64,000 bases of DNA. Origin: Alphaproteobacteria bacterium. GTDB taxonomy: Bacteria > Pseudomonadota > Alphaproteobacteria > UBA828. Shown one piece after another: positions 53,679 through 63,019 of the stretch. A program made the position numbers and the translations under genes. Every line of letters starts with the position of its first letter. Within the stretch, counting starts at the first letter, position 1. The notes beneath the pieces are model-generated. The model was given only the letters and a program-made list of their open reading frames with translations, was not told where the DNA came from and did not search any database. The stretch is from contig CBDBLP010000003.1 of NCBI GenBank assembly GCA_965207055.1, positions 816,913-880,912 on the forward strand, read 5' to 3'.

Positions 53679-54845
53679 ATGAAGATCAGGAGCATCACGG
53701 CGCGCTGGGTGCATGTGCCGATCCCCAAGGCGCAGCAGCACAAGAGCGACCTCGGCGTCGCCGACTTCTTCGACGCCACCATCGTGCGAGTCGAGACCGA
53801 ATGCGGCCTCGTGGGTTGGGGCGAGGCGAAGGCCTCGGTCGGCAGCATGGGCAACAACGCGGCGCTGGCTGCGCTCATCAACCGCGACCTGGGCCCGGCG
53901 CTGATCGGCGAGGACCCGCGCAACCCGCGTCGGCTGTGGGAGATCGGCTACAACGGCAGCCGTGCTCATTTCGCGCTGACCCGCGGCCAGGCCTTCCCGG
54001 TGCTGGACCGCCGCGGCAGCCGGATCAGCGCCATCGGCGCCATCGACATGGCCTGCTGGGACATCCTGGGCCGCTCCCTCGGGGCGCCCGTGTGGCAGCT
54101 GCTTGGCGGCAAGTGCCGGGATGCCATGCCGGCTTACGCCTCCGGCGGCTGGGCGCCGGCCGAGGCCATCGGCGCGCAGCTGGAAGGCTACATCGCGCGC
54201 GGCGGCTTCAGTGCGGTGAAGATGCGGGTCGGCGCGGGTGACGGCGACGTCGTCACTTCTGTGCGCCGGGTCCGGGCCGCGCGCGCGCATCTGGGCTGCG
54301 ACATCCAGATCATGGTGGACGCCCACGGCACCCTTTCGGTCAAGGATGCGCTCCGCTTCGTGCGGCTGGTGGAGGGTTGCGGCCTCGCCTGGTTCGAGGA
54401 GCCGGTGAATGTCGACGACAAGGCCGGCATGGCTACCGTGCGGGCTGCGAGCGACATTCCCATCGCCGCCGGCGAGAGCGAGTTCACCCGCTTCGACTTC
54501 CGTGAGCTGCTGGAGCATCGGGCCGTTGACTACTTCCAGCCCGATCTCGCCATTGCGGGCGGCATTACCGAGGCCATGCGGATCGCAGCGCTGGCCGAGA
54601 GCCACGGCATCAAGCTCGCGCCCCACCTCTGGGGCGGCGCGCTCAACTTCGCCGCCGGGCTCCAGGTCATGGCCGCCTCGCCTGCGGCGGTGATCGCCGA
54701 GTACTCCCTCGGCGCCAACCCGCTTCTCCACGATCTCGCCGAGGAGAATTTCGAGGTGGTCGACGGCATGATGGCCATCCCCGACCGGCCCGGCCTCGGC
54801 GTCACCATCGACGAAGAGTTTCTGGCCGCGCACACGGTGGATTAG
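53679..54845 (+). CDS. Enolase-superfamily enzyme (mandelate racemase/muconate lactonizing family)
   Basis: ...VGWGEAK...AIDMACWDILG...VKMRVG...MVDAHG...WFEEP...IAAGESE...YFQPD... 388 aa. Confidence 0.88.
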   Translation: MKIRSITARWVHVPIPKAQQHKSDLGVADFFDATIVRVETECGLVGWGEAKASVGSMGNNAALAALINRDLGPALIGEDPRNPRRLWEIGYNGSRAHFALTRGQAFPVLDRRGSRISAIGAIDMACWDILGRSLGAPVWQLLGGKCRDAMPAYASGGWAPAEAIGAQLEGYIARGGFSAVKMRVGAGDGDVVTSVRRVRAARAHLGCDIQIMVDAHGTLSVKDALRFVRLVEGCGLAWFEEPVNVDDKAGMATVRAASDIPIAAGESEFTRFDFRELLEHRAVDYFQPDLAIAGGITEAMRIAALAESHGIKLAPHLWGGALNFAAGLQVMAASPAAVIAEYSLGANPLLHDLAEENFEVVDGMMAIPDRPGLGVTIDEEFLAAHTVD

Positions 54846-55024
54846 CTCGCACCATGGACGCGGCCTTCGCCGTCGGCCGCGACGTGTTCACCGCCCCTTA
54901 CCCGGCGTGGACCGCGCACGGCATGGTGGGGGCGCACGATCCGGGCCTCGAGGTCGTCGTCCGCGTAGTCGCTCACGTGGGCGCGGGCGAGAAGCAGGGC
55001 GTGACCCCGGCGGGGTTCGGCTGG

Positions 55025-55108
55025 ATGGAGGGCCTTCCCCTATCGGCCGCCTGTCGCAAGGGCGATTACCTGTTCACCAGCGGCATCGTGGCCGCCGCCG
55101 ATACCTGA
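55025..55108 (+). pseudogene. Possible truncated RidA/YjgF-family gene fragment (N-terminal ~27 codons only)
   Basis: MEGLPLSAACRKGDYLFTSGIVAAADT-stop resembles the RidA-family N-terminus (..P.S.AVR.GD.LFVSGQ..) and ends 11 nt before the 3' end of the convergent ATPase gene. It sits within ORF 54854..55108, whose upstream part is not convincing. Confidence 0.3.
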
Positions 55109-55119
55109 TCGGGCGGCTA

Positions 55120-56289
55120 TCAGGCGGCGTCGGTCTCCTCGCCCGCGCCGGTGCCCGCGCCGTTCTCGGCCGAGGTGATGGCGCATTCGGACTCGCGCCA
55201 CCAGAGCCCCTCCAGATTGCTGACATCGACGCCACGGTCCCAGATCCGCGCCTTGACCGGGCCGATGTCGGTATCGAGGGTCTGGTCGAGGTACTTGCCC
55301 TTGTAGATCGTCGCACCGCTGGTGCACGGCAGCGCGTTGACGCCGGGCTCGTCGACGGTGGCGCCGCGGGGTGCGAGCCTGATCCGCTCCGCCCGCACCG
55401 CGACGCAGGCGGGCGTGCCTCTCTCCGCCGTGCCGGCGCCGCTCCAGGCGCCGCTGATCACGTGGCCGCCGATGCGCACGCTGGCCGTGCCATTCTGCAC
55501 GCCCTCGATGGTCCCTTCGAGCAGGTTCTCCACCCCCATGAAGTCCGCGACGAAGCGGGTCGCCGGCCGGTCGAACAGGTCGGTCGGCGGCCCCTCCTGC
55601 ACAATCCGCCCGCGCCGCATCAGGATGATCCGGTCGCTCATGGTGAGCGCCTCTTCCTGACTGTGGGTGACGTAGATGAAGGTGAGGCCGAGCTTCTCGT
55701 GGAGGTCGAGGAGCTCCACCTGCATGTCGACGCGCAGCTTCTCGTCGAGCGCGCCGAGCGGCTCGTCGAGGAGCAGGATGGCGGGCTCCGTCACCAGCGC
55801 GCGGGCCAGCGCCACCCGCTGGCGCTCGCCGCCGGAAAGCTGGTGCACGCGGCGGTCGTACTTGTCCAGGAGCCGCACCAGGGCGAGCGCGTCCTCCGCC
55901 CGCTTGCGGCGCTGGTCCTTGTCGATGCCGCGAACGCGGAGCCCATACTCGACGTTCTGGCCGACCGACATGTGGGGGAAGAGCGCGTAGTGCTGGAACA
56001 CGGTCGTGCAGTTGCGCCGTGACGCGGGGATGGCCGAGACGTCCTCGCCGTCGATGGCGATGCGCGCGATCCGGCTGGGGCGCTCGAGCCCGGCGACGAT
56101 CCTGAGCAGCGTCGTCTTGCCCGAGCCGCTCTCCCCAAGCAGGGTGAGGAACTCGCCCCGCCGCGCCGTGATCGACACGTCGTTGAGTGCGACCACATCG
56201 CCGAAGCGGTGGGTCGCATGCTCAACCTGCAGGATCTGATCGCCGCCGGCCGTAGCAGCGCGCGGCGCGGCAGCCTCACTTGTCGCCAT
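55120..56289 (-). CDS. PotA/CysA-type ABC transporter ATP-binding protein (orphan; its cognate permease is decayed)
   Basis: GESGSGKTTLL, LSGGERQRVALARAL, LLLDEPLGALD, YVTHSQ, plus a C-terminal TOBE-like region. Preferred start is the ATG at 56289 (MATSEAAAP). Confidence 0.88.
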   Translation of the reverse strand: MATSEAAAPRAATAGGDQILQVEHATHRFGDVVALNDVSITARRGEFLTLLGESGSGKTTLLRIVAGLERPSRIARIAIDGEDVSAIPASRRNCTTVFQHYALFPHMSVGQNVEYGLRVRGIDKDQRRKRAEDALALVRLLDKYDRRVHQLSGGERQRVALARALVTEPAILLLDEPLGALDEKLRVDMQVELLDLHEKLGLTFIYVTHSQEEALTMSDRIILMRRGRIVQEGPPTDLFDRPATRFVADFMGVENLLEGTIEGVQNGTASVRIGGHVISGAWSGAGTAERGTPACVAVRAERIRLAPRGATVDEPGVNALPCTSGATIYKGKYLDQTLDTDIGPVKARIWDRGVDVSNLEGLWWRESECAITSAENGAGTGAGEETDAA

Positions 56290-57124
56290 GTCGGCTTCCT
56301 CCGAAGGCAAGCTTGATCGAGAGGGAGGTCGGCCCGATGTTCATGATCGTCACCAGTATGCTCTGCGTTTGGTTCTGCGGCACGGTCGCGTTGTGCGCGC
56401 CCGATTGTATCCACAAACGGTGCGACAGTGTGTCTTGTCCTGCACCCATGAAGATACTGAAGGGCGGCTCGAAGAACGACAGAAAAGGGTGAAGAAGCCC
56501 GCCGTGCTGATGCCGGCTTCAGGATCGGCACCTCGATCATGCACGTCGCCCACCTTGTTGACCTCCCCCATCGTCGACTACCAGCACCGGATGGCGTCCG
56601 GCACATTATCGAGTGCCTGCAAACCGTGCTCACGTCCCGAGGCGCCTGGCTCGCTGGGTCCTGCCTCCAGCAGACCTGACCAAATCGGATAACCGCCAAT
56701 CGACCCGACGTCCGCTATCAAGTGTCCGTGACAGCACCCAAAATGTCATTGACATGGCTATACCCTGACCACAGGATTGGATGCCGGTCGCGCAACTCAA
56801 GGGCGATCAAGCCAATCAGCGCGACAACTGGCGCAAGAATGGGAGGTTCGCGAGATTAAGATGGCACAGAATAGTCAGCGGCAATGCTTCGCTAACCGGA
56901 CTGACTACGATAACCAATAGGCACCGACTCGCGAGCATTATGTCCCGTACTTGCGGCTGGTGGCGTTGGGGTCGCGCTGGTAGAGAGGCGGCTTGACGGG
57001 TTATTGGGAGGGCTCTGCATCTTGTTGTCACGTAACGAGAAGGCGCCCATTCAGCGAGCATGGAATGATGTTCGTTGATGGCCAGCGACCCTGTAAGCGG
57101 CGATTTCACGCTCACACGTTGCAC
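56276..57124 (-). pseudogene. Decayed PotC-like ABC permease (multiple frameshifts and stops)
   Basis: My minus-strand translation finds collinear pieces in different frames. VVALIGLIALELRDRHPILWSGY lies in one frame and DPEAGISTAGFFTLF in another. FLSFFEPPFSIFMGAGQDTLSHRLWIQSGAHNATVPQNQTQSILVTIMNIG...GDK-stop lies in another frame. These parallel GALLAFITSFDEVVVVLFVGSVEQRTIPWKMFSGIREEIRPTILAVATLLVFISIVLL of the intact permease at 60978..61826. Confidence 0.5.
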
Positions 57125-57321
57125 ATTAATTAATTCGATCTTGGCCCCAGTAAAATGCGCTCCTCAGCCTCGATGATCCCAGGATTTCCCCAAGTACAAT
57201 GGGATCGCGGGGGCCTGGAATCTGCATTATTGTGGATTGATGAGTTGCTTCGAGTGTGGGGGCTGCGCGGCGCAATTGAAGGACCGAACACCCAGTTAGA
57301 TGCAAGGGTCTGGGTGTCTGG

Positions 57322-58437
57322 ATGACGAACGCTACTCCAGATATTGTGGTATTTGACCGCGTTCAAAAGAGCTACGACGGCGAAACTTTGGTCGTCAAGG
57401 ACCTCAATCTGAGCATCAAGACCGGCGAATTTCTTACGATGCTGGGTCCTTCGGGGTCCGGTAAGACCACCTGCTTGATGATGCTGGCCGGATTTGAGCC
57501 GGCGACTCATGGCGAAATCTACTTGAATGATCGGCCGATCAACAGGGTTGCGCCTCATCGACGCAATATCGGGATGGTCTTCCAGGACTACGCGTTGTTT
57601 CCACATATGACGGTGACGGAAAACCTGGCGTTCCCTCTGAAAGTCCGCAAGATTTCCAAATCGGAAGTCGAGGCGAAGGTCAATCGTGCGCTCGACATGG
57701 TTCGCTTGCCGGAGTTCGGCAACCGACGGCCCGGTCAGCTATCTGGCGGGCAGCAACAACGCGTGGCGGTGGCGCGGGCATTGGTATTCGAGCCCGATCT
57801 GGTGCTTATGGATGAGCCTCTCGGTGCGCTGGACAAGAACTTGCGGGAGGAGATGCAGTACGAAATCAAGCATATTCATGAAGAGCTTGGCGTTACAATT
57901 GTTTACGTCACCCACGATCAGTCCGAAGCCTTGACCATGTCCAATCGTATTGCCGTTTTTAATGATGGTGTGATTCAACAACTTGCAAGCCCCAGCGCGC
58001 TTTACGAAGAGCCGGAAAATGCCTTCGTTGCGCAGTTTATCGGCGAGAACAACCGGCTTTGCGGTAAGGTTAATGCTGTCGAAGGAAATCATTGTCAGGT
58101 GGACTTGGATGGCGGCGGCACCGTTCGTGCCCTGAATGTGAGGGTCGAGGGAGCAGGCACTCGCACGACTCTCTCGCTTCGGCCCGAACGCGTCATCGTC
58201 GCGTGTGAGGACGGGGAGGTAGACAACTCGATCATGGGTCGTGTGGAGGAGTTGATTTATTTGGGAGACCACATCCGCGCGCGCCTGTCTGTTGGGGCAA
58301 CTGACGAGTTCGTTGTGAAGATTCCGAATACAGAACGCCATGCGGCGTTGCGTGCGGGCATGGACGTCAACTTGGGCTGGGCCGCAAACGATTGCCGGGC
58401 GTTGGATGCTCCGGCTGACGTCGATGAGCCCGGTTAG
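57322..58437 (+). CDS. PotA-type (spermidine/putrescine-like) ABC transporter ATP-binding protein, lower-GC gene
   Basis: GPSGSGKTTCL, LSGGQQQRVAVARAL, VLMDEPLGALD, YVTHDQ. 371 aa. Confidence 0.9.
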   Translation: MTNATPDIVVFDRVQKSYDGETLVVKDLNLSIKTGEFLTMLGPSGSGKTTCLMMLAGFEPATHGEIYLNDRPINRVAPHRRNIGMVFQDYALFPHMTVTENLAFPLKVRKISKSEVEAKVNRALDMVRLPEFGNRRPGQLSGGQQQRVAVARALVFEPDLVLMDEPLGALDKNLREEMQYEIKHIHEELGVTIVYVTHDQSEALTMSNRIAVFNDGVIQQLASPSALYEEPENAFVAQFIGENNRLCGKVNAVEGNHCQVDLDGGGTVRALNVRVEGAGTRTTLSLRPERVIVACEDGEVDNSIMGRVEELIYLGDHIRARLSVGATDEFVVKIPNTERHAALRAGMDVNLGWAANDCRALDAPADVDEPG

Positions 58438-58522
58438 AGCAAATCAAGACGCGTCGGTTTGGCCGATGCGAGGCTTGAGAACCCGCCGGTGTATCCGGCA
58501 AACGAGAGGGGAGTAAGCACAG

Positions 58523-59626
58523 ATGAGATGGCTATTGAGCACAACTGTCGTTGCCGCTGGCGTCGCGTTGGCGGCCGGCAGTGCCCAGGCGGTCGACCTT
58601 ACGATCGTGTCGTGGGGCGGCGCTTATACGGCGAGCCAGCAGAAGGCTTATCACGACCCCTATATGGCGGCGAATCCCGATGTGAACATCATTAACGACG
58701 ACAATGCCGCCGAAGGACTGGCCAAAGTAAGGGCCCAGGTCGAATCCGGCAACGTCAATTGGGACATCGTCGACATGGTCGCGGCCGACGCGATTACCGC
58801 ATGCGACGAAGGCCTGATCATGGAAATCGATCCGGACACGTGGCTGGCGCCGTCGCCGGACGGGACTCCTGCGTCGGAGGATTTCTTCGCCGGAACCCTG
58901 TCGCCGGGTGGTACCAACTGCTTCATCCCGCAGATCGTCTATTCCACGACCTTCGGCTATCGCACGGATGCCTTCGAGGGTGAGCAGCCGTCCACGATCG
59001 CCGACGTGTTCGATCTGGAGAAGTACCCTGGCAAGCGGTCGCTGGAGCGCCGGCCCATCAACAATCTCGAATGGGCGCTGCTCGCCGACGGCGTGGCGCC
59101 GGCAGATGTCTACGCCTCGCTGAGCACGTCAGAGGGTGTGGCTCGCGCCCTTGCCAAGCTGGATACCATCAAGGATCAGGTGGTCTGGTGGACCAAGGGA
59201 GCCCAGCCGCCGCAGCTGCTGGCGGATGGTGAGGTCGTCATGGCCTCGGCCTACAACGGCCGCCTCTTCTCGGCCATCGCCGAAAAGAATCAGCCCATTG
59301 CCATGATGTGGGATCGTCAGGTGTTCGATCTCGATGGCTGGGTTGTGCCGGTTGGCGTCAAGGATCTCGACGCGGTGAAGCAGTATCTCCACTTCGCCAC
59401 CGACACGCAGCGCTTGGCGGACCAGGCGAAGTTCATCTCCTACGGTCCGGCCCGCTATTCGTCGGCGCCATTGGTGGGCAACCATGCCGACCTCGGCATC
59501 GACATGAAGCCCCACATGCCGACCGATCCCAACAATGCCGCGACCATCTTCGACTTCGACTACGTCTGGTGGGCCGACCACCGGGCGGAGCTTGACGAGG
59601 TGTTTAACACTTGGCTCGCCAAGTAG
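58523..59626 (+). CDS. PotD/PotF-family periplasmic solute-binding protein
   Basis: Signal MRWLLSTTVVAAGVALAAGSAQA. VDLTIVSWGGAYTASQQKAY... 367 aa, in an ATPase-SBP-permease-permease operon. Confidence 0.85.
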   Translation: MRWLLSTTVVAAGVALAAGSAQAVDLTIVSWGGAYTASQQKAYHDPYMAANPDVNIINDDNAAEGLAKVRAQVESGNVNWDIVDMVAADAITACDEGLIMEIDPDTWLAPSPDGTPASEDFFAGTLSPGGTNCFIPQIVYSTTFGYRTDAFEGEQPSTIADVFDLEKYPGKRSLERRPINNLEWALLADGVAPADVYASLSTSEGVARALAKLDTIKDQVVWWTKGAQPPQLLADGEVVMASAYNGRLFSAIAEKNQPIAMMWDRQVFDLDGWVVPVGVKDLDAVKQYLHFATDTQRLADQAKFISYGPARYSSAPLVGNHADLGIDMKPHMPTDPNNAATIFDFDYVWWADHRAELDEVFNTWLAK

Positions 59627-59709
59627 CAGAGCCTGAGTGGGACGGGACGCTCCGATGCGTCCCGTCCCCATTTCTCCGAGGCCCTTGAGCGAGATGTAGG
59701 CCCGCGCGC

Positions 59710-60972
59710 ATGTCGACGGTCGACGATAGCGTCCTGCGAACCGCCGATGGCGTGCCACTGAAAACGAGCCTGCGGCGGGCGACGGCCCGCAGGCGCATTC
59801 GCACATTCTTGCTGGTCGTCCCCATTCTGGGGTTTTTGCTGATCACATTTGTTTTTCCCGTTATCGATATGCTGTTTAGAAGCGTCGACAACCAAATCGT
59901 TTCGTCGGTGCTTCCCCGCACGACACTGGCAATTCAAAACTGGGATCCTGGGAGTGGAGAGCTCCCGCCGGAATTCGTGTACGAAGCTCTGGTGCTGGAT
60001 ATTCAAGAGTCATTCAAGGACAAGACGTTGGGCCGTGCCGGGCGGCGCTTGAATTACGAAAAGTCCGGGGTGATGAGCTTGTTCCGAAAATCGGGACGGC
60101 GAGCAAAAAGCATAACCGAGGCCCCCTTCAAGGACCAGGTCATAGCGGTTGATGAACGATGGGCGGACCTGGCAACCTGGCAACTCATTTATCAAGAATC
60201 GAGCAAAGTAACCGAAAGTTACTTCTTGTCGGCTGCCGACCTTCGGGTTGACTACAAAGGAGAAATATCCTGGAAGGCAGAAGAACGACGAATATACCTA
60301 TTTTTGTTCTACCGCACGTTGTGGATGAGTGGGCTCATCACGATATTCTGTTTGCTACTCGGCTATCCGATTGCCTTCCTCCTGGCGACGTTACCGCCAC
60401 GCCACAGCAATCTTTTGCTTATACTCGTCCTGTTGCCGTTCTGGACCTCTCTGCTGGTCAGGACGACTGCGTGGATCGCACTGCTTCAGTCTGAGGGCGT
60501 GTTGAATGACTTGATGGTATTCACAGGCATTATTTCCGAAGACGGCCGATTACAAATGATTCACAACAAGATCGGTACGTTCGTGGCGATGACGCATATT
60601 CTCTTGCCCTTCATGATTCTGCCGCTCTACTCGGTAATGAAAACCATTCCGTCCTCATATATGCGCGCCGCAAGGTCTCTGGGCGCGGCGCCATTCACTG
60701 GCTTTATCAAGGTCTATATGCCCAATACCGTGCCGGGGATCGGTGCCGGCTGCATTCTGGTCTTCATTCTGTCGATCGGCTATTACATCACGCCCGCGCT
60801 TGTGGGAGGACGAACCGGCACGTTCATCTCGAATATCATCGCGCTTCATATCAGTGAGACATTGAATTGGGGCCTGGCGGCTGCGTTGGGCGTGATTTTG
60901 TTGGCACTCGTCCTGTTGCTCTATTTCCTCTATGACAGGATCGTGGGCGTCGCCAACATGAAGCTCGGATAA
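59710..60972 (+). CDS. PotB-like ABC permease with a roughly 150-aa extra-membrane insert after TM1
   Basis: 420 aa. TM1 is around residues 32-55 and the next TM begins around residue 205. EAA loop SYMRAARSLGAAPFTGFIKVYMPNTVPGI. Confidence 0.88.
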   Translation: MSTVDDSVLRTADGVPLKTSLRRATARRRIRTFLLVVPILGFLLITFVFPVIDMLFRSVDNQIVSSVLPRTTLAIQNWDPGSGELPPEFVYEALVLDIQESFKDKTLGRAGRRLNYEKSGVMSLFRKSGRRAKSITEAPFKDQVIAVDERWADLATWQLIYQESSKVTESYFLSAADLRVDYKGEISWKAEERRIYLFLFYRTLWMSGLITIFCLLLGYPIAFLLATLPPRHSNLLLILVLLPFWTSLLVRTTAWIALLQSEGVLNDLMVFTGIISEDGRLQMIHNKIGTFVAMTHILLPFMILPLYSVMKTIPSSYMRAARSLGAAPFTGFIKVYMPNTVPGIGAGCILVFILSIGYYITPALVGGRTGTFISNIIALHISETLNWGLAAALGVILLALVLLLYFLYDRIVGVANMKLG

Positions 60973-60977
60973 CGCGT

Positions 60978-61826
60978 ATGCCGCCGCCGCTGCATGCAAC
61001 GCACTCGGAACGGGTTTGGTATTATTCGTTTCGAACGCTGTGTGTGCTGATTTTCATTTTCTTGGTCGGTCCTATTTTTGTCATTATCCCGCTCAGCTTC
61101 AACGAGCTTCCTTACTTTACCTTTACGCCGGAAATGCTTGCCTTCGATCCGGCAGGATACAGCACGAAATGGTACCAAGAGTTCTTTACTGAGGACTCTT
61201 GGCAAAGAGCGGTACAAAATAGCTTCCTCATAGCGGTATTTGCCACGCTCATTTCGACATTTCTCGGCACCCTGGCGGCGCTCGGGCTCAGCAGACCCGA
61301 AATGCCTTTCAGAAAAACCATCATGGCGTTGTTGATATCGCCGATGATCGTGCCGCTTATTATCTCGGCCGCGGGCATGTATTTCTTTTACGCGCGGATC
61401 GGACTGGCCTCGACGCACATCGGCGTCATTCTCGCCCATGCGGCGTTGGGCATCCCCTTCGTCATCATCACGGTGACGGCGACCCTGGTCGGCTTCGATC
61501 ACTCGCTGACGCGCGCGGCCGCGAGCCTGGGATCGAGCCCGACCCGCACCTTCTTCGTGGTGATCGTGCCGCTGATCCTGCCAGGCGTCATATCGGGCGC
61601 ACTGCTTGCGTTCATCACCTCCTTCGACGAAGTCGTCGTCGTGCTGTTCGTGGGCTCCGTCGAGCAGCGAACGATTCCCTGGAAGATGTTCTCGGGGATT
61701 CGAGAGGAAATCAGACCGACTATCCTGGCGGTCGCCACGCTCCTGGTCTTCATATCGATCGTGCTCTTGACGATGGTCGAACTCTTGCGCCGACGGAGCG
61801 AGCGGCTGCGCGGGATTCGCTCGTAA
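60978..61826 (+). CDS. PotC-like ABC permease
   Basis: 282 aa. EAA loop HSLTRAAASLGSSPTRTFFVVIVPLILPGV. It starts 6 nt after the upstream stop. Confidence 0.88.
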   Translation: MPPPLHATHSERVWYYSFRTLCVLIFIFLVGPIFVIIPLSFNELPYFTFTPEMLAFDPAGYSTKWYQEFFTEDSWQRAVQNSFLIAVFATLISTFLGTLAALGLSRPEMPFRKTIMALLISPMIVPLIISAAGMYFFYARIGLASTHIGVILAHAALGIPFVIITVTATLVGFDHSLTRAAASLGSSPTRTFFVVIVPLILPGVISGALLAFITSFDEVVVVLFVGSVEQRTIPWKMFSGIREEIRPTILAVATLLVFISIVLLTMVELLRRRSERLRGIRS

Positions 61827-61916
61827 CGCAGCGCACGACCCGGCCCGATCGCGAAGGGCCAAGAGAATCCTCCATGTGTTCTTGTAATGTTCTTTATTGC
61901 CGCTTATGCTGTGGCG

Positions 61917-62981
61917 ATGAGGGACGTGCGCAAGGGACGAGGGGCGGCGAGCAACCCGAGCGGGCGCTACGAGCGCCACCGGCGCGATGCCTTCGACGAC
62001 GGTTGGGACACCATCGACGAGGCACAGGCGCCGCTTCGAACCGAGGTGCGGCCCGACGCCAGCCGCACGGTGATCACCCGCAACAACTCGCCCGATCTCG
62101 GTTTCGACCGTTCCATCAATGTCTATCGCGGTTGCGAACACGGCTGCGTCTATTGCTACGCGCGCCCCACGCATGCCTATCTCGGGCTCTCGCCGGGGCA
62201 GGACTTCGAGAGCCGCATCTTCGTAAAGCACGAGGCCCCGGCTCAACTGGAGCGTGAGCTGGCCCGCCCCGGCTACGAGTGCCGGATGATCGCGATGGGC
62301 ACCAACACCGATCCCTACCAGCCGACCGAGCGGCGCCTTGCGCTCACGCGGGGCGTGCTCGAAGTGCTGGACCGCCACGATCATCCGGTCGGTATCGTCA
62401 CGAAGTCGGCGCTGGTGACGCGCGATGCGGACATCCTCGCCCGCATGGCGCGTCGCCGGCTCGCCACGGTCGCGCTCTCGGTCACGACGCTGGACCGCGA
62501 CCTTGCTCGCACCATGGAGCCGCGCGCGTCCACGCCGGCCAAGCGCCTGGAAGCGATCAAGGCGCTGAGCGATGCCGGGGTGCCAGTGGGCGTGATGGTG
62601 GCGCCCATCGTTCCCGGCCTCACCGACCACGAAATGGAATCGATTCTCGACGCGGCCAGTGAGGCGGGTGCCGGCCGCGCGGGTTACGTCCTCCTGCGGC
62701 TGCCTCTGGAAGTCCGGGAGCTCTTCCTGGAGTGGCTTTCGGTCCACGCGCCCAATAGGGCCAAGCGGGTGGTCTCCCTGTTGCAGGGGATGCGCGCAGG
62801 CCGGCTCAACGATGCCAACTTCGGCTCCCGCATGACCGGCGCCGGTCCCTACGCCGACCTGTTGGCTGCGCGTTTCGCCGCGGCGACGCGCCGTCTCGAG
62901 CTCACGCGACGCGGGCCGAGCCTCGACACGGGACGCTTCCGCCCGCCTTCCCGCGACCCGGCGCAACTCACTCTATTCTGA
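61917..62981 (+). CDS. PA0069-family radical SAM protein (SplB/DNA-photolyase-like radical SAM)
   Basis: ATG at 61917 (MRDVRKGRGAASNPSGRYE...). INVYRGCEHGCVYCYARP (CxxxCxxC). Collinear with the conserved PA0069-type family. Confidence 0.85.
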   Translation: MRDVRKGRGAASNPSGRYERHRRDAFDDGWDTIDEAQAPLRTEVRPDASRTVITRNNSPDLGFDRSINVYRGCEHGCVYCYARPTHAYLGLSPGQDFESRIFVKHEAPAQLERELARPGYECRMIAMGTNTDPYQPTERRLALTRGVLEVLDRHDHPVGIVTKSALVTRDADILARMARRRLATVALSVTTLDRDLARTMEPRASTPAKRLEAIKALSDAGVPVGVMVAPIVPGLTDHEMESILDAASEAGAGRAGYVLLRLPLEVRELFLEWLSVHAPNRAKRVVSLLQGMRAGRLNDANFGSRMTGAGPYADLLAARFAAATRRLELTRRGPSLDTGRFRPPSRDPAQLTLF

Positions 62982-63019
62982 ACCGCCGGCACGCGCGCCA
63001 TGCGTGTTAGAAGGGTTTC

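Noticed and set aside
54854-55024. The upstream part of ORF 54854..55108 might be a real small protein.
   Set aside because: Its sequence (MDAAFAVGRDVFTAPYPAWTAHGMVGAHDPG...) has no recognisable family and starts only 9 nt after the enolase-superfamily stop. Only the last 27 codons resemble a known family (RidA).
57130-57606. A 158-aa minus-strand ORF lies at the left edge of the low-GC island.
   Set aside because: It is antisense to the well-supported PotA-like ATPase gene and its leader, and has no recognisable motifs.
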